A stretch of DNA of 45,154 nt from Fibrobacterales bacterium (GCA_051532035.1 JAOPTW010000065.1:1-45154); one strand, 5' to 3'; counted from the first letter of the stretch, positions 28,383 through 39,333 are shown. The notes: generated from the sequence alone by a model not told the origin. A program made the numbers and translations.

Positions 28383-29966
28383 TTAGCTACGATGCTGTGG
28401 AGATATTTGCCTTGCAGTATCTATAGGTTCATAATAACTCTGGGTCTGCATAGAGTTTTTATTACCTATCAATGACGCGAGTTCATCAACAATACTTTGC
28501 ATGTTGCTCGCTTCAGCGTTTAATTCTTCAGCTGAGCCAGCGGACTCTTCAGCACTCGCAGAGTTTGTCATATTGATCTTCTCAATCTGTAGCATAGACT
28601 CTGTTACTTGATTGACTCCCGTAGTCTGCTCGTTTGATGCTACAGCAATTTCTGATATTATCGTGTCAACTTTTTCAGTTCTTTGTGATATCTCTTCAAA
28701 TGAACTTGCGACCTCATTGAGTATTGCTACGCCATTGTCGCTGTTTTTCATGGACTCTTCTATCTTGTCCGCGGTGTTTTGAGCTGCTTCAGCACTTCGT
28801 TGTGCTAGGTTTCGCACCTCTTCTGCAACAACAGCAAATCCTTTACCTGCTTCACCGGCCCGAGCGGCTTCAACTGCAGCATTTAATGCAAGGAGGTTGG
28901 TCTGAAAAGCAATTTCATTGATGTCCTTTATAATCTTAGACGTCTCTTGTGAACTACTCTGAATGGCGTGTATCGCTGCTTTCATAGCGTCCATTGATTT
29001 TTGACCCGTTAGAGCTGTTATTTTAGCATCAGATGCTACTGTTTGTGCCTGATGAGAGTTCTCAGCATTTTTTTGACTCATCGATGCCATTTCATTGAGG
29101 GCCGCAGTTGTCTCTTCCAGACTCGCAGTTTGTTCAGAGGATCCTTGTGCCAGCGTCTGCGATGATTGAGTCACCTGATTGGCAGCAATCGTTACTTGGT
29201 TAGAAATGCCCATTAATTTTTTAACAACGATACTTAAGGCATCGACCAGTATTTTTTTGTTTACCATAACGGCAATAACAATTGAAATTGCAAGAGCTAT
29301 CAATGCAACAAAAACAAAAGTGAGCCTCGTTGATGCTTCATCCTTAAAGTCCTTTACTATTAAGCTTGTTCTTTCATTGAGTAATGAAAAAAAATTGTCA
29401 ATAGGCGCCATAATGCTTTTAACATCAGAATGGTATTTGGTATCAAACATAATTCTACTCGCGAGTTCTTTAGCTGGCTCGGTACCACGGTACTCGGTTT
29501 TACCATCAAGCTCCTTACCTTTTATCGCATTCATTGCAATAGTCTCTGTTTCTACGAGGTCATTTGAATTGGTGGCCGCCTGATCAAGGAGTCCAAATTC
29601 TTCATTCGTAAAACCGAGGTTTTTCATTATTTGCCGCTGTTTTATTGTATTTCCTGGTTCTAAGGCAAAGCTTGTAGGTCTTGAACTTTTTCCATTTTGC
29701 CAATCTAGAATAGCCCAATAGAGATCTTCATATTTAGAATCTCCCGTTATAACGTATGATCGAGCAAGTCGAGTAAGGTCAGCTGACGCTTGGCGCAGTT
29801 CATCGGCCACGATATACGAATCGAACCGGTTTTTTTCTGACGTGCTTAACTGCTCAAGAGTATTGTTCATTAAAAATGCGAGCCATCCAAGGACTACCAT
29901 TAATACTACCGGGATTATAAAGACTATTTTTTTGACATTCATGATTCCACTCTCATCGCTTTTCAT
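28383..29966 (-). CDS. Methyl-accepting chemotaxis protein
   Basis: Two TMs flank a periplasmic domain; signalling hairpin [40 protein letters not shown]. Confidence 0.96.
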   Translation of the reverse strand: MKSDESGIMNVKKIVFIIPVVLMVVLGWLAFLMNNTLEQLSTSEKNRFDSYIVADELRQASADLTRLARSYVITGDSKYEDLYWAILDWQNGKSSRPTSFALEPGNTIKQRQIMKNLGFTNEEFGLLDQAATNSNDLVETETIAMNAIKGKELDGKTEYRGTEPAKELASRIMFDTKYHSDVKSIMAPIDNFFSLLNERTSLIVKDFKDEASTRLTFVFVALIALAISIVIAVMVNKKILVDALSIVVKKLMGISNQVTIAANQVTQSSQTLAQGSSEQTASLEETTAALNEMASMSQKNAENSHQAQTVASDAKITALTGQKSMDAMKAAIHAIQSSSQETSKIIKDINEIAFQTNLLALNAAVEAARAGEAGKGFAVVAEEVRNLAQRSAEAAQNTADKIEESMKNSDNGVAILNEVASSFEEISQRTEKVDTIISEIAVASNEQTTGVNQVTESMLQIEKINMTNSASAEESAGSAEELNAEASNMQSIVDELASLIGNKNSMQTQSYYEPIDTARQISPQHRS

Positions 29967-30222
29967 TAGTATATTTTATCACTATTATCTGAGTAATTCA
30001 ATATGAGTGGGGGACTTGTAGAAGTTATAGAAGTAAACGTTTTCAAATCAAAATTTATTGTAAAATTACGAGTAAGAGATTGAATTCAATAGAAATTTGA
30101 GATGAAAAACATATAATTGTGGCAATGATATACAGCTTTGTAATCCCCTATTGTAAAAGAAAAGACCTCCTAAAACGCTGTTTACAGGCCATAGACCTAC
30201 ATAACTTGCTGAAGGTGACACG

Positions 30223-31602
30223 ATGACGCAAGTATCAAGCACATCTTACAGAGCATTCCTTAAATCTGTACTGCCCATTGCACTCCCTATCATACTCCAA
30301 GGTTTCATAACTAAATCACTGAGCCTTATAGATGTATTGATGATAGGCACGTTGGGTGATGTCTCTGTTGGTGCTGTTGGCCTGGGAAGTCAGTTTGCCT
30401 TTGTCTATATCATGCTGGTGTACGGAGTAGTTGGTGGTGGCTCAATATTTACTACGCAATACTGGGGAAAAAAAGACACCGAACAGATAGCAGGTACAGT
30501 AAGGCTGACTGCGCAGTTCATGATCCCTATAGCGATACTGGTCTCAACGTTAGCCCATTTGTATGGTGATGTTATAATGGCGTTTTATACGCCGGATAGC
30601 TCCGTTATTGAGACCGGATCGAGCTATTTACGTATTGTCAGTCTTGGGCTGGTTCCCTTTGCAGTATCACGGATTTTAGGCATTACCCTAATGAGCATGA
30701 AAAAAATTCGTATCCCTTTCATTTTCAGTATCATAAGTGTCTCAATTAATACCGGTATTAATTATTGCCTTATTTTTGGTGCCTTTGGGTTCCCTCGTAT
30801 GGGTGTAGAAGGAGCTGCTACTGCTACTGTAATTGCCTATAGCATCGAATGCCTCTTACTGATCTTTTATGTAATTACATGGCACCGTTTTTTAGTCTCT
30901 CAGTGGCGAGAACTTTTTCGGATAGAGACCGCACGTATAAAAACGTATATGAGCGTTGTTGTACCGGGAGTCATGCAGGGTATGGGCTGGGTATGCGGAG
31001 ATGCGGTCTATTATAAACTCTACGCGCAATCGGGAACAACAGACCTCGTAGCCTATAGTGTAGCACAATCACTTGAGCATATGGGTGTTAATATTTTTGC
31101 TGGTCTTGCGGTGGCAAGTTCTATTGTCATTGGTGGCCTTATAGGGTCAGGTGATAAGGAAGCAGCAATAAGGCTCGGTCGGAAATTTATTAAAACGACT
31201 CTGCTCACTGCATTTGGAGTGAGCGTCATACTTTTTTCAGCTAAAGCCTATCTGGTTTCACTGTTTGATATCTCAACAGAAAGTAAGGAAAAAGCTGCAA
31301 TGCTCCTCACGGTTATTGCGGTAGTGGTCTTTTTTAAGTCGGTAAATATATTATATAATATCGGGCTGTTTAAGAGTGGCGGTGATACGAAATATATACT
31401 GTGTATCGACATGTTTGGAGTCTGGTGTATTGGGGTTCCTCTTGGTGCACTCGCTGTGTATGTCTTTAATTTGCCCATCTATAGTATTGCGATTGTGATT
31501 TATTTAGAAGAGATCGTTAAAGCTATTGTAGGGACCCATAGGTTTATTTCACAAAAATGGATTAAGTCAGTAATAGATAAGCCCAAAGCACTATTGGATT
31601 AA
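30223..31602 (+). CDS. MATE family efflux transporter
   Basis: Motifs IALPIILQ..ID.LMIG.LG, TQYWGKKD, NY.LIFG.FGFPRMGVEGAA.AT and GGDTK; about 12 TM. Confidence 0.93.
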   Translation: MTQVSSTSYRAFLKSVLPIALPIILQGFITKSLSLIDVLMIGTLGDVSVGAVGLGSQFAFVYIMLVYGVVGGGSIFTTQYWGKKDTEQIAGTVRLTAQFMIPIAILVSTLAHLYGDVIMAFYTPDSSVIETGSSYLRIVSLGLVPFAVSRILGITLMSMKKIRIPFIFSIISVSINTGINYCLIFGAFGFPRMGVEGAATATVIAYSIECLLLIFYVITWHRFLVSQWRELFRIETARIKTYMSVVVPGVMQGMGWVCGDAVYYKLYAQSGTTDLVAYSVAQSLEHMGVNIFAGLAVASSIVIGGLIGSGDKEAAIRLGRKFIKTTLLTAFGVSVILFSAKAYLVSLFDISTESKEKAAMLLTVIAVVVFFKSVNILYNIGLFKSGGDTKYILCIDMFGVWCIGVPLGALAVYVFNLPIYSIAIVIYLEEIVKAIVGTHRFISQKWIKSVIDKPKALLD

Positions 31603-31651
31603 CAAAATACCGTATTTTTTATCCTCAAAATTTTTGACACGGAGAGAGCGC

Positions 31652-32635
31652 ATGAATACCATTCCAGTTATCATTGGCATGCCAACTATGCAGAGTACAG
31701 AATACATACACTACTCACTTAAGAGAGTCGTTGCAGAAATTATGCGTATTTCTGAACAGTATTCAGTTACGCTCGTTGCCTGTCTTAATGGGTCAGATGA
31801 TAATAATGAAGCAGTGCTTCGGGCCGCTTTGGATGAACATCCAGACATCTCATCTGAATGTATTGTGCTGCAGTCTCCCGGAAAAAATGAGGCGGTTAAT
31901 GCTATTGGAGCCTATGGAAAAACTCACGGGTTTAAAATTCTCCATCTCATTGATGATGATGTGTTTTTTTCCGAAGGAGCTCTGTCTATAAATCTAGATG
32001 CCCTCGTGGGGGATGAAAAAAAACCGGCAGAAGCGGTATTAGTTGGCTCCACCTTTAAGGCTCGAATATATTCTTTCTCCCACTTTTTAGAGAGTGATAT
32101 ATCAGTGGTAACCGCATTTAAGAAAAAGCTATGGCACAATATTTTTCGCATCCCTTTTGACGCCCATACTGAACCATGGGGATTCTGTAGTGCCCAGAGC
32201 CTTGCACTCTATATTAAAGACCTTCCGATACTTCCTCCGAGTGATGCAGGGTTTACTGATGATACTTATATTAATTACAATATCCTTCGCCGAGGAACGA
32301 CGATAAAGCCCACAGGGTCCGAGCTCTATTTTAATGTCGCAACATCGTATGGTGATTGGTTTTATCAACAAACACGTATTTTATACGGAGTTAAAAAAGG
32401 TTTAGAAACACATAGTGGCCCTGATCAAAGAATTATTTTTAATGGTATTAAATGGCCCTATACCGCACGGCGCCATATGTTCTGTTTACCCCGTCGGATG
32501 GGAGTTAAAAGACTTTGTTACTATGGGGTCTATATGGGTATGATTGCTTTGATTGAAAATAGAACTCATCGCTATTTCAAAAAAGGAATTGTGCCTGCAT
32601 GGGGTAGGGTGGAGTCGACTAAAATTAAAGGGTAA
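31652..32635 (+). CDS. Glycosyltransferase family 2-like (GT-A fold)
   Basis: IIGMPT, CLNGSDD, GKNEAVN, LIDDDV (DxD), TDD and QQTRI. Start is probably the ATG at 31652. Confidence 0.7.
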   Translation: MNTIPVIIGMPTMQSTEYIHYSLKRVVAEIMRISEQYSVTLVACLNGSDDNNEAVLRAALDEHPDISSECIVLQSPGKNEAVNAIGAYGKTHGFKILHLIDDDVFFSEGALSINLDALVGDEKKPAEAVLVGSTFKARIYSFSHFLESDISVVTAFKKKLWHNIFRIPFDAHTEPWGFCSAQSLALYIKDLPILPPSDAGFTDDTYINYNILRRGTTIKPTGSELYFNVATSYGDWFYQQTRILYGVKKGLETHSGPDQRIIFNGIKWPYTARRHMFCLPRRMGVKRLCYYGVYMGMIALIENRTHRYFKKGIVPAWGRVESTKIKG

Positions 32636-32712
32636 CAGGTGTATTGTCTGTAGAGGCATTACGAAAAGTCATTTTAAGTGGGAGTATAGTATGACGCTAT
32701 ACTCCTCTGATA

Positions 32713-34827
32713 CTACCCAACAAACACCCCGGCCACAGTCTTCAAAAAGAACCGACCACTTCGTGGCCCTACACGATACTCCTCATCATGAAACAGATAC
32801 AATTTTTCATGATCATCAAAATTAAGAACCGTGTGAAAATCAACCCCGGGAGCAGATCGTTTTAATATGGTCTGAAACGGTGTTGGGTCAGACTTAAAAT
32901 AGTCTGCGTACAGTTCTTTGGTAATCTCAAAAAAGAGACGGGGGGGGAAACCAATAACTGAGATTGCACCTTTACCTACAGTACGAGTAAATCCACAGAT
33001 AGCACCACTCTCTGGGTTAGTCATATCCACCGTTACGTCACTGTGATCCTGAAAGCTAAAATACTCTATGTCATTAATACAGTAGAAGTTATAGTCTTTA
33101 TATTGAAGCATGACACCTTCGTAAGCAGCGGCAGTTGTTCTATGGTGTTCTACTTCATCAATGTCAAGAGCATCCATAAGGAGGGTGCACTCTTCAAGAT
33201 TTTCATCGAGGGTTGGTACATGGCCAATGAGATAGAGTTGTCCACCATGCTCTACAAAAGAGACTAGTTTCGCTTGAAATTCACGGCGCATAAATGTTTC
33301 TGAATGTACCACAAGTCTATTGGTCTCGATGCGATCAAACGAACTCTCGAAATTTATGAGTTGATAGCGACAGTTAATATAGTCGAGAATGTCGAGTATT
33401 CCCGAGCCTTTGTCGCTCACGTTATTTTGAATTTCAAACTGGGTTATATCGCGACTGTTGTCCATCTTTGCGTACTGTGCATAATCGTGATCAAATGCTA
33501 CGGTAATATCATAGTCGGCAGTAGTGGTTGCAATTTCTGGATGGTCAGTTAAAAAGGTACTGATCTGTTTACACGTTTCGTAGTGTGGACGAGGGTTTGC
33601 AGCAGGGTCAAGGATGGACTGTAAGGAAAGTTGTGGCATAAAGTGATGCGTGTTATCAAAGTTATGGCCATCCGAAAACCAGTAGTAATTGATGGTATTT
33701 ATACCAGTACCAATGCCACTTCTCCAAAGGAGGTCATAGTCAGAAGTAGTTTGATTTCTGTGACTTATGAAATAGGCGTTGCACGCTTGAAGCTCTATAT
33801 TGCCAAGGAGGGGCGTCTCTGATGCTCGTGTGTATTCAATCCGTGAAATATGGTGTACGATGTTATCTTCTTGAACACCGCCTTGGTATTGAGTGTAGGC
33901 AAGTACTACCGTCCAGCGGTCATCTTTACACGTGTCGAGGTAGCGTTTCCATGGTGAGGCGTAGGAGACAAACGGTTCGTTAATAATAAAGGGGGCACGT
34001 ACTCCCAGAGCATAAAGCTCTTCCATAAGAGAGCGAGTGTACAGTGCAGGGAGTATCTCTTTAAAACCAATCCAATCTTTTACTTTTGCTTCTTCTGCTC
34101 GGGTAGTTGCCTCTTTTCGTGGAGGGATGACTACGCTAAATGATGGATTATTTTCGTGGTACGCTTTATTTAAGAGGTCGTGGTGGTTGCCATAACATTT
34201 TGCGAGGTACTCTTGATAGAGCCCGTTGTGTACAATGTGGGGATTGTAGTCACAGCTAAAGTTATCTCCTTTGTTGTGAGAGAACCAAGACATGTTATAT
34301 GATGTCTCGTTATCAACCTGCCAACAGACAATGTTGTCATACGCAAGGAGGTGAGGGACTACTGCGTGATACCACGCTTTAGTCTCTTTCATAAAGTCGG
34401 GTTGGAGATAGCTCGTGGTGCGGTAAAAAATATAGTTGGCAGTAGGCTTGCCTTCAGAGTCGGTCGATTCTATTCCATCATACTCTTCAAAAAGTCTTTC
34501 GGGAACACCGCCATTTTTATACTCAGCATGAATATTAGGGCCGATTTTTGCAACAAAATAAAGTCCTCTATCTTTGATAAGCTTTAGGAATGAAATAAGA
34601 TCACGACTGGGGTGAGTGGTACCATTAAAATCAAAACTATTTTTTGCGGTCTCATGCCATACCCATGGGATGTACGTTGAGACCGTATTACAGCCTGCCT
34701 CTTTGAGTTTATCTAAGTGGGAACCCCACGTCTCTTTTTCTAAACGGAAGTATTGTATTTCACCCGACACTATAAACTGTGGTGCACCATCTACAGCAAC
34801 ATACCCATTCTCTATTGATAATTCCAT
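32713..34827 (-). CDS. GH35/GH42-type glycosidase (beta-galactosidase or GlmA-like exo-beta-glucosaminidase)
   Basis: SGEIQYFRL, GCNTVSTYIPW.WHE, FDF.GTTHP.RDL, GP.IHAEYKNGG.P, WQVDNE and NIELQ; C-terminal GATase-like trimerisation domain. Confidence 0.85.
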   Translation of the reverse strand: MELSIENGYVAVDGAPQFIVSGEIQYFRLEKETWGSHLDKLKEAGCNTVSTYIPWVWHETAKNSFDFNGTTHPSRDLISFLKLIKDRGLYFVAKIGPNIHAEYKNGGVPERLFEEYDGIESTDSEGKPTANYIFYRTTSYLQPDFMKETKAWYHAVVPHLLAYDNIVCWQVDNETSYNMSWFSHNKGDNFSCDYNPHIVHNGLYQEYLAKCYGNHHDLLNKAYHENNPSFSVVIPPRKEATTRAEEAKVKDWIGFKEILPALYTRSLMEELYALGVRAPFIINEPFVSYASPWKRYLDTCKDDRWTVVLAYTQYQGGVQEDNIVHHISRIEYTRASETPLLGNIELQACNAYFISHRNQTTSDYDLLWRSGIGTGINTINYYWFSDGHNFDNTHHFMPQLSLQSILDPAANPRPHYETCKQISTFLTDHPEIATTTADYDITVAFDHDYAQYAKMDNSRDITQFEIQNNVSDKGSGILDILDYINCRYQLINFESSFDRIETNRLVVHSETFMRREFQAKLVSFVEHGGQLYLIGHVPTLDENLEECTLLMDALDIDEVEHHRTTAAAYEGVMLQYKDYNFYCINDIEYFSFQDHSDVTVDMTNPESGAICGFTRTVGKGAISVIGFPPRLFFEITKELYADYFKSDPTPFQTILKRSAPGVDFHTVLNFDDHEKLYLFHDEEYRVGPRSGRFFLKTVAGVFVG

Positions 34828-34850
34828 TACTTTCCCCTATAAAATTTCTG

Positions 34851-35804
34851 CTATTCTGCTGCTTTAATGGCCAAGGCAACCGCGCCTTTAATACCTGCAG
34901 TATGTTGTAAGTCAGAGATGATCACGTCTGGCTTGGTGTACCCTTTAAAAGTCATTTGCGCGTGAATTTTTGGTCTCAGCATATTCAGGAGGTAGTCTCC
35001 TGCAAGAGTTACACCACCACCAAGTATAATTGTTTCGGGGTCGAGGAGCATGCAGATATTTGCAACACCGCGAGCAAACTCAGTTGTACCTTTTTCAAGT
35101 ATAGCGCGCGCAAATGAGTCACCCTCTTTTGCAGCATCAAAAACTGTTTTAGCGCTAATAGAATCAATATCGTTGTTACACACTGCATTTATCTTAGAGG
35201 CGGGGTAAGCTTTTGCTGCTTTTTTGCCTTCACGAATAACCGCCGTAGCAGAGAAACACGTTTCGAGACAGCCAACTTTACCACAACCACAGGTGTTGCC
35301 GTCTTCAGGGCTAATCACCATGTGACCCGCTTCACCACCAAAGCCTTGTGCGCCGGTGTGGATGTTTCCATTAATTATAATCCCTGCACCAATTCCGGTA
35401 CCGAGGGTAAGGAAGAGCATATTGTTAAAAGGCTCAGTTGCGCCAAAATAGGCTTCGCCAAGAGCGGCAACATTTGCGTCATTATTGACTTTTACTGGTA
35501 CTGAAAAGGTATCACTTAGTTTTTGACCAAGAGGGACATTAGTCCATCCTTTGAGGTTTGGTGCCATTTTCACCGTACCATTCTCGTCTGCAATTCCTGG
35601 AACACCAATGCCGATGCCCCGAAGATTAGGAGACTCAATAGTAGAGAGGAGTTTTGTGATGAGCCCAGAAATATCTGAAATGATCTCATTTGCTGATCTA
35701 TTTTTTGTGGGGGTATCCACAATATCTGACCACTCTTTATTTTCTGTATAGAGCATACCTTTAACAGAGGTGCCACCAAGATCAATTCCAATAAAACAGT
35801 TCAT
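34851..35804 (-). CDS. ROK family sugar kinase (glucokinase-like)
   Basis: GIDLGGT, NDANVAALGE, TLGTGIGAG, GEAGH and CGCGKVGCLE; no HTH. Confidence 0.93.
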   Translation of the reverse strand: MNCFIGIDLGGTSVKGMLYTENKEWSDIVDTPTKNRSANEIISDISGLITKLLSTIESPNLRGIGIGVPGIADENGTVKMAPNLKGWTNVPLGQKLSDTFSVPVKVNNDANVAALGEAYFGATEPFNNMLFLTLGTGIGAGIIINGNIHTGAQGFGGEAGHMVISPEDGNTCGCGKVGCLETCFSATAVIREGKKAAKAYPASKINAVCNNDIDSISAKTVFDAAKEGDSFARAILEKGTTEFARGVANICMLLDPETIILGGGVTLAGDYLLNMLRPKIHAQMTFKGYTKPDVIISDLQHTAGIKGAVALAIKAAE

Positions 35805-35911
35805 AAGAGAGTACCCTTTTGTACGAAAATCTATGATTAAAGGGAAAAATAGCGACTATATTTCTATTTTTAAACAAAATTCGAAAAGTTTGAAATTTAA
35901 CAGAGGTTTTT

Positions 35912-36742
35912 GTGGCTTTGAATGTAATGGTTAACGGAATTCCAGGAAACATGGGTATCGAAGTGGGTCAAGTTGTACTTGAGCGCGGGTTAACACTCGT
36001 TCCATATTCAATTACTGGCGATAGGGTAGAAGATACTCAGTGTGAGGTTCTTGGTACTACCGTTCAGTTAGTCAAGGTATCCAACAGAGACTCTATGATT
36101 GAACAGATCAAAGCTGAGTATCCTGGTTTTGTCACCGTTGATTACACGCACCCTTCTGCGGTCGATGGTAATTATGCATGGTATATAAAAAACCAACTTC
36201 CTTTTGTTATGGGTACTACGGGTGGCTCACGTGAGCAGATGCTCAAAGATGTAGCAGCTGCAAAACTCTACTCAGTCATTGCACCTAACATGGCAAAACA
36301 AATTGCAGGACTTCAAGCGATGCTTGAGTATGCAGCAACAGAATTTCCTGGCCTCTTTAGTGGATATGAGCTCAATGTTATTGAATCTCACCAAAAGACA
36401 AAAGCCGACACTTCTGGAACAGCAAAAGCAATCGTTGACTCATTTAACAAAATGGGACTCACTTCTGGTGTTGACGATATTGAATTGGTCCGCACTGAGA
36501 AAGAACAAATAGAAGTGATGAAAGTGCCTGAAGAGTATCTTGATGGTCACGCATTTCACACCTACAATATTGATTCTCCTGCAGGAGTGCATTTTGAATT
36601 CCAACACAACGTGTGTGGTCGCAAAATCTATGCAGAAGGAACGATTGATGCGGTCCAGTATTTAAGTGGCCAAATTGATGCTCAAGCAGAGAAGACTCTG
36701 TATGATATGATCGATGTTCTTAAATCAGGAAAGATGAGTTAG
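35912..36742 (+). CDS. dapB: 4-hydroxy-tetrahydrodipicolinate reductase, plant-like subtype
   Basis: MVNGIPGNMG, VDYTHP.AV, FVMGTTG, APNMAKQI, ESHQKTKADTSGTA, GHAFHTY and HNVCGR.IYAEG. Confidence 0.9.
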   Translation: MALNVMVNGIPGNMGIEVGQVVLERGLTLVPYSITGDRVEDTQCEVLGTTVQLVKVSNRDSMIEQIKAEYPGFVTVDYTHPSAVDGNYAWYIKNQLPFVMGTTGGSREQMLKDVAAAKLYSVIAPNMAKQIAGLQAMLEYAATEFPGLFSGYELNVIESHQKTKADTSGTAKAIVDSFNKMGLTSGVDDIELVRTEKEQIEVMKVPEEYLDGHAFHTYNIDSPAGVHFEFQHNVCGRKIYAEGTIDAVQYLSGQIDAQAEKTLYDMIDVLKSGKMS

Positions 36743-36855
36743 GTATCATTTATAAGACAATGATCAGTGAAACTACTATTTCATAGTTCTTCTCTGATCA
36801 TTTCGACTCTTTTTTGCTATTTTTACCCCAAATAACACATTCTTAGAGAACTATC

Positions 36856-37854
36856 ATGGCTAAACCTGTTTCACTTACTGGGATTAAACCTACAGGCATA
36901 CCGCATATTGGCAACTATCTTGGCGCCATCAAGCCTGCACTCAAATACACAGAGTCACACGAGGCGGTCTATTTTATCGCTGACTATCACGCCCTTACCA
37001 CGGTTTGGAATGGTGACGATATGCGTAATCAAATTCACTCTGTTGCAGCGACATGGTTAGCGCTCGGCCTTGATCCAGAGACCTGTCATTTCTATAAACA
37101 GTCTGATGTTCCAGAAATTTTTGAACTGAACTGGGTGCTCAGCTGCTTTACACCAAAGGGCTTCATGAATCGTGCCCATGGCTATAAGGATAAAGTTGCT
37201 AAAAACCAAGAAGCAGGTAAAGATGTTGATGAAGGTGTAAACATGGGCCTCTTCGGGTATCCGTGTCTTATGAATGCCGACATCCTCATGTTTGGCGCGA
37301 ACATTGTACCGGTTGGCAAAGATCAAAAACAGCACGTCGAGTTTACTCGTGATATTGCAACGCGGTTTAATAAGAACTACAAGCAAGAAGTTCTCACAGT
37401 GCCTGTGCCAGTCATTGATGAAGTGACTGATGTTATCCCGGGTATGGATGGACGTAAGATGTCAAAATCGTACGATAATACTATCGAAATTTTTCTTAGT
37501 TCAAAAAAACTTAAAAAGAAAGTCAATAAGATTGTCACTAATTCACAAGAGATTGAAGAGGTGAAAGATCCAGACAGTTGTAATGTATTTTCTCTGTATA
37601 AATTCTTCGCTACTGAAGAAGAGCAAGCAGAGCTTGCTGCGCAATATCGCGCTGGTGGTATGGGTTGGGGCGCAGCTAAAGGCGAGCTTCACCGCGTCCT
37701 TGATAGAGAGTTTGCTGAAGCGCGTGAAAAGTATGACCATCTTATGGCTCATACCGATGAGATTGATGCAATTCTTGCCAAAGGCGCTGAAAAAGCACGT
37801 ACAAAGGCGAGAGCGCTTATGGATCAGATCCGTGGGCTTGTAGGGGTTTCTTAG
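36856..37854 (+). CDS. trpS: Tryptophan--tRNA ligase
   Basis: TGIKPTG.PHIGNYLGA, FIADYHALT, VPVGKDQKQH and KMSKS. Confidence 0.97.
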   Translation: MAKPVSLTGIKPTGIPHIGNYLGAIKPALKYTESHEAVYFIADYHALTTVWNGDDMRNQIHSVAATWLALGLDPETCHFYKQSDVPEIFELNWVLSCFTPKGFMNRAHGYKDKVAKNQEAGKDVDEGVNMGLFGYPCLMNADILMFGANIVPVGKDQKQHVEFTRDIATRFNKNYKQEVLTVPVPVIDEVTDVIPGMDGRKMSKSYDNTIEIFLSSKKLKKKVNKIVTNSQEIEEVKDPDSCNVFSLYKFFATEEEQAELAAQYRAGGMGWGAAKGELHRVLDREFAEAREKYDHLMAHTDEIDAILAKGAEKARTKARALMDQIRGLVGVS

Positions 37855-37882
37855 TATTTAGCTCAATATATCTTGAATGCAT

Positions 37883-37916
37883 AAGACCATCTATTTAAGT
37901 AGGTGGTCTTTTTTTT
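37883..37916 (+). terminator. Intrinsic terminator
   Basis: AAGACCATCTA..TAGGTGGTCTT followed by a T-run, after trpS. Confidence 0.8.
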
Positions 37917-38007
37917 GTTCCAACTTTGTACCGTAAGCACGTTAACAACTGGTTGACCGTTTAAATTCATACTATATTACCCTCTGAGTTTATTTGGAGA
38001 CCATTAC

Positions 38008-39333
38008 ATGGCAACTACCCGCGCCTCAAATAAAGAAATTTTCGGCTGGTCGATGTTCGACTTCGCCAACTCTTCTTACACCACTGTAATTATCACCGTA
38101 GTGTTTAGCATTATCTTCCCCAAAATTATAGTGGGGGATGGACCAGACTACCGTGAAGGCAACCTTCTCTGGAGTATTGCTCTTGCGGTAAGCTATCTCG
38201 TTGTACTCTTTACTGCACCCGTACTTGGGGCTATAACTGATTACACTGCCTCAAAAAAGAAGTTCCTCTTTGGCAGTTGTATTGTGACGGTTGTATTTAC
38301 CGCACTGCTCTATTTTATTGAGCCCGGTATGATCGGACTCTGTATGTTCTTTCTCATTGTTTCAAATATTGGGTTCTCATTTAGCGAAGCTTTTGTCTCA
38401 AGCTTTCTCCCATCCCTGGGACCACCAGAAACTCTCGGTAAAATTTCAGGCTATGCTTGGGGGCTCGGGTATATTGGTGGTCTCATATCAACAGCCATTA
38501 TCATATTTGGACTTGGAGAGGCTGAAGCGGATAACTTCGCCAATCTCAAATTTGTCGGGCCCATTGTTGCTGTCTTTTTCTTACTCGCCGCTATCCCAAC
38601 CTTTCTACTCGTTAAAGAGCCCAAAAGTGATTTAGTGCTTAAAGAGGGTGAATCAGTTATAAAAATGGGTTTTTCACGAATATTCACTACCCTAAAAGAG
38701 GTGGGTGACTTTAAAGATATGGTAACCCTGTTAGCATCTTTTTTGTTTTCATATGCTGGACTCACCATTGTTATCTCATTCGCCTTTATCTATGGCGACC
38801 AAGTTATCAAATGGGACAGCAGTACTCAAGTGCTCATGTTTATCATTACCCAGTTTGCAGCAGCAGGGGGAGCAGTAATATTTGGGATCATACAAGATAG
38901 AATTGGGGCACGCATTTCCTACACTTTGACTCTCGTACTCTGGGTGGTGACCATTACTATGATTGCAGGTGCTGATCAAGTGACCGTTTTTCTCAACGGG
39001 GCATTCTCTACAGACTTTGAGACTCAAAAAGTATTTCTGTTTATTGGTTCTTTAGCGGGGCTTGGGCTTGGTGCAACTCAATCAGCGTGTCGTGCAATGG
39101 TCGGTCTCTTTGCGCCAGAGTCTAAAGCGGGCGAGTTTTATGGGCTTTGGTCGATGGTAGGTAAAGCTTCTGCTATAATTGGTCTCATTGCTCTCGGACT
39201 GCTTCAGGCGGCTTTTGGCCTTAAATATGCTATCCTCATCTGTTCACTCTTTTTCGTGATCGCTATTGTCATAACACTCTTTATCAATGAGGACCGTGGC
39301 CGAGCCACTGCGAAGTCTCACAATGGTGAGTAA
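38008..39333 (+). CDS. MFS transporter (UMF1/BtlA/ATG22-like)
   Basis: GWSMFDFANSSYTTVI, P.LGAI.D, GKISGYAWGLGYIGG and Q.A.R...P..KAGEFYG; about 12 TM. Confidence 0.9.
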   Translation: MATTRASNKEIFGWSMFDFANSSYTTVIITVVFSIIFPKIIVGDGPDYREGNLLWSIALAVSYLVVLFTAPVLGAITDYTASKKKFLFGSCIVTVVFTALLYFIEPGMIGLCMFFLIVSNIGFSFSEAFVSSFLPSLGPPETLGKISGYAWGLGYIGGLISTAIIIFGLGEAEADNFANLKFVGPIVAVFFLLAAIPTFLLVKEPKSDLVLKEGESVIKMGFSRIFTTLKEVGDFKDMVTLLASFLFSYAGLTIVISFAFIYGDQVIKWDSSTQVLMFIITQFAAAGGAVIFGIIQDRIGARISYTLTLVLWVVTITMIAGADQVTVFLNGAFSTDFETQKVFLFIGSLAGLGLGATQSACRAMVGLFAPESKAGEFYGLWSMVGKASAIIGLIALGLLQAAFGLKYAILICSLFFVIAIVITLFINEDRGRATAKSHNGE

